Part shown: positions 48,601 to 49,832 of the stretch, piece by piece
Position numbering within the stretch: the stretch's first letter is position 1
Layout: the number at the start of each line of letters is the position of its first letter
Assembly: GCA_963718875.1 (NCBI GenBank)
Contig: OY970378.1
Span: 820,433 to 870,264, forward strand
Source of the DNA: Candidatus Parcubacteria bacterium
Lineage (GTDB): Bacteria; Patescibacteriota; Saccharimonadia; UBA4664; JBIOIQ01
Direction: 5' to 3'
DNA: 49,832 bases
Notes under the pieces: generated by a model
Databases searched by the model: none
Told to the model about the DNA's origin: nothing
Seen by the model: only the letters and a program-made list of their open reading frames with translations
Translations under genes and position numbers: made by a program

Positions 48601-49832
48601 CCGAGAAAGTTACGTTGCCCCCTTGGGTTAAGAGCCCCGTTCCAGTCGTAATTGCTCCGTTACCGGTAGTCTGCAATGATAGCAAGTTGTTACCAATATC
48701 CCACGCACTCGGCGATGCCCCCGTTAGATTAAGTGCTCCGGCCGAACTCAAAGCCAAAGTACCACTGGTAGTCGTCGACAGTGTCAGCGGTCCGGAGGCC
48801 ACTGTAGCCGTTAGCCCGCCCGTACTTGGCCCGGTGATTGTGCGAGCCGATGTCCCCGAAAAGGTTTGATTACCTCCCACAGTTAATAGGCCGGTACCAG
48901 TAGTAATTGCCCCATTGCCAGTAGTTTGCAATGACAACAGGTTGTTACCAATATCCCAAGTCGACGCCGAGGCACCGGTGAAATTCAAGGCACCAGCCGA
49001 AGTAACAGCCAGCGTTCCACTGGTGGTAGTTGAAAGAGTTAGAGGACCCGAAGTCGTATTCACGGTTAGACCACCAGTAGATGGGCCTGTAATTGTGCGA
49101 GCGGCTGTACCAGAAAACGTTAGATTACCACCAACTGTTAGCAAGCCTGTACCAGTTGTGATTGCACCGTTACCAGTGGTCTGGAGGGACAGGGTGTTGT
49201 TGCCGATGTCCCAAGTACTGGGTGAGGCTCCAGTCAGGTTGAGGGCTCCAGCTGATGCTACGGCCAGTGTGCCAGAAGTAGTAGTTGAAAGGGTTAATGG
49301 ACCGGTGGTGGTGTTGATCGTTAGGCCGCCGGTGGTTGGAGCAGTAATGGTACGGGCGGCTGTACCAGAGAATGTCATGTTACCACCTTGAGTTAGCAAG
49401 CCTGTGCCAGTAGTAATAGCGCCGTTACCAGTAGTCTGGAGTGACAATGTATTTGCCCCAATATCAAAACTCGATGGAGCCGCGCCGGTTAGATTCAAAG
49501 CTGCTGCCGAACTTAGAGCTAATGTTCCGGAAGTTGTGGTAGAGATATTCAAAGGTCCTGAGGCCACAGTTACGGATAATCCTCCAGTTGAAGGACCTGT
49601 AACGGTGCGTGCGGAGGTACCAGAGAACGTTAGATTACCACCAACTGTTACAAGCCCGCTTCCTGTAGTGAAAGCCCCATTTCCAGTAATAATTGATCCA
49701 TTATTAGTAGTCTGGAGAGATAGGGTATTATTGCCAATATCCCATGTGCTTGGAGCAGCGCCTGTTAAGCTCAAGGCGCCGGCCGAGCTGACCGACAGAG
49801 TGCCGCTGGTGGTTGTAGTTAAGGCTAGCGGT
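45683..49832 (-). CDS. Giant surface protein (5' end outside the window): 85-aa tandem repeats, two CBM4_9-like modules, Cys-containing C-terminal domain
   Basis: The ORF is open to the window edge; the track M at 49774 is an internal alternative start. CBM-like modules begin NPSVESAISGNWALKG... and NAGFEVTPNGWTYSG.... Confidence 0.85.
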   Translation of the reverse strand, partial: PLALTTTTSGTLSVSSAGALSLTGAAPSTWDIGNNTLSLQTTNNGSIITGNGAFTTGSGLVTVGGNLTFSGTSARTVTGPSTGGLSVTVASGPLNISTTTSGTLALSSAAALNLTGAAPSSFDIGANTLSLQTTGNGAITTGTGLLTQGGNMTFSGTAARTITAPTTGGLTINTTTGPLTLSTTTSGTLAVASAGALNLTGASPSTWDIGNNTLSLQTTGNGAITTGTGLLTVGGNLTFSGTAARTITGPSTGGLTVNTTSGPLTLSTTTSGTLAVTSAGALNFTGASASTWDIGNNLLSLQTTGNGAITTGTGLLTVGGNQTFSGTSARTITGPSTGGLTATVASGPLTLSTTTSGTLALSSAGALNLTGASPSAWDIGNNLLSLQTTGNGAITTGTGLLTQGGNVTFSGTAARTITGPSTGGLTTTVASGPLTLSTTTAGTLALNSAAALNFTGAAPSTWDIGNNLLSLQTTGNGAITTGTGLLTQGGNVTFSGTAARTITGPSTGGLTMTVASGPLSVSTTTSGTLAITSAGALNLTGAAPSTWDIGANTLSVQTTGNGSINTGTGILTTGGALTTTGALTVNNSALFKNAANSTTAFQVQNQAGAALINVDTTANNSNNLVTNPSVESAISGNWALKGSATVSQDSSDKYYGNNSLKIITTTTGDGARQNVSLVSATTYTMSLYARSSAGNMSTLEIGRSENGSADTACLSAQTVAKNGWTRYTCTFLTGTVSGSPYIYVRQTDAVARNSINIDAVILQTEANFTPAYREGQISLQGSITSPLTIQNTSNSTTAFQVLTSKGANLFTVETTDINIMAGNAGFEVTPNGWTYSGTPGSVIRDSSTSYTGSYALKVVTSANANNGAKFTLANGNPAVPALATSATYTLSWYARLDVASAAFTDITAAYGRDGATDTTACTGLVTQTVISGGWTRFSCTIATDGTVPAANAYIIIKQTGATAHTFYIDSVQVELGSVATGYGAGGISFNATITSPVNVRNANDSTTNFQIQDATGRSIFTVDTVNDKLIVGSAATDTTQVLLQLDSFSTFADTGTCNATTNQGAIYYNTNTNAIRGCINSAWEDVMTTGGMGVLLYGVVPDSGSNPGDLPSVQTAAVTGPCRVSASTSSTSQVVVQPCVAYSRGRKVIVASATTLTLSSMTTTNIFQHVCFDTSGALSLTAPAPEIGGFPAWDAANPALCIADVRGTNGSAVLTAVYDTRTFTTSQKEYTTSAAALGIGQLVVSSGNGVATAGATAGLSLRGVVVASSGAASVSNAPSGIIATSGSAYIKATAGSANAFIQSGATTAGYAVTVAAPATGTINCTGLGNACNGGASFSATISALYAYAGYTRVAFPGTACTAGVAGSPVNCGRSLYTVMNLN
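48074..49832 (-). repeat. Coding tandem repeats, period 85 aa / 255 nt, at least 6.5 copies continuing past the window edge
   Basis: LN(L/F)TGA(A/S)PS(T/A)WDIGNN(T/L)LSLQTTGNGAITTGTGLLT(Q/V)GGN.TFSGTAARTITGPSTGGLT...SGPLTLSTTTSGTLA..SAGA is reiterated. Confidence 0.9.

Noticed and set aside
48074-49832. Possible CRISPR array, given the regular repeats
   Set aside because: The period is 255 nt with no unique spacers. The repeats are in frame within a continuous ORF and encode a conserved 85-aa unit, and no cas genes are present.

Overview
A 49.8-kb chromosomal segment, almost entirely minus-strand coding and read in the standard code (TGA is used as a stop in overlapping stop/start junctions). 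I saw no rRNA, tRNA or CRISPR. The gene content suggests a reduced-genome monoderm bacterium, possibly Patescibacteria/CPR and Saccharibacteria-like. That is an inference from an Rpf-type muralytic domain, giant fibre proteins, guaB beside a purH relic, and many membrane-anchored secreted proteins. In order, the window holds: an OmpR-type two-component pair; a SAM-methyltransferase; a yecM-like gene; guaB. Next comes a roughly 22-kb same-strand block of surface or secreted proteins: a beta-helical membrane protein, an Rpf+ricin-lectin muralytic protein, a Calx-beta membrane protein, a 1601-aa Kelch protein, a 2357-aa fibre with CBM-like modules, and a frameshifted tailspike-like beta-helix protein. 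This block sits beside tatA-tatC and a Tat-signal-only miniprotein. After that come a PKD/Ig protein and a stand-alone MASE1 sensor. Then a four-gene secreted-protein cluster whose architecture resembles Gram-positive Csc/WxL cell-surface-complex loci, followed by a lectin-tailed beta-helix protein and a GC-rich mini-islet flanked by 80-nt direct repeats. The window ends with an atpFHAGDC operon lacking atpB/atpE at the usual position (a 284-aa membrane protein takes their place), an IS200/RayT-like Y1 transposase bounded by 21-bp hairpin inverted repeats, and another giant repeat protein cut by the window end. The most unusual non-coding signal is a pair of ~190-nt intergenic elements. Each is closed by a perfect 20-bp terminal stem, and the stem sequences differ between copies by fully compensatory changes.
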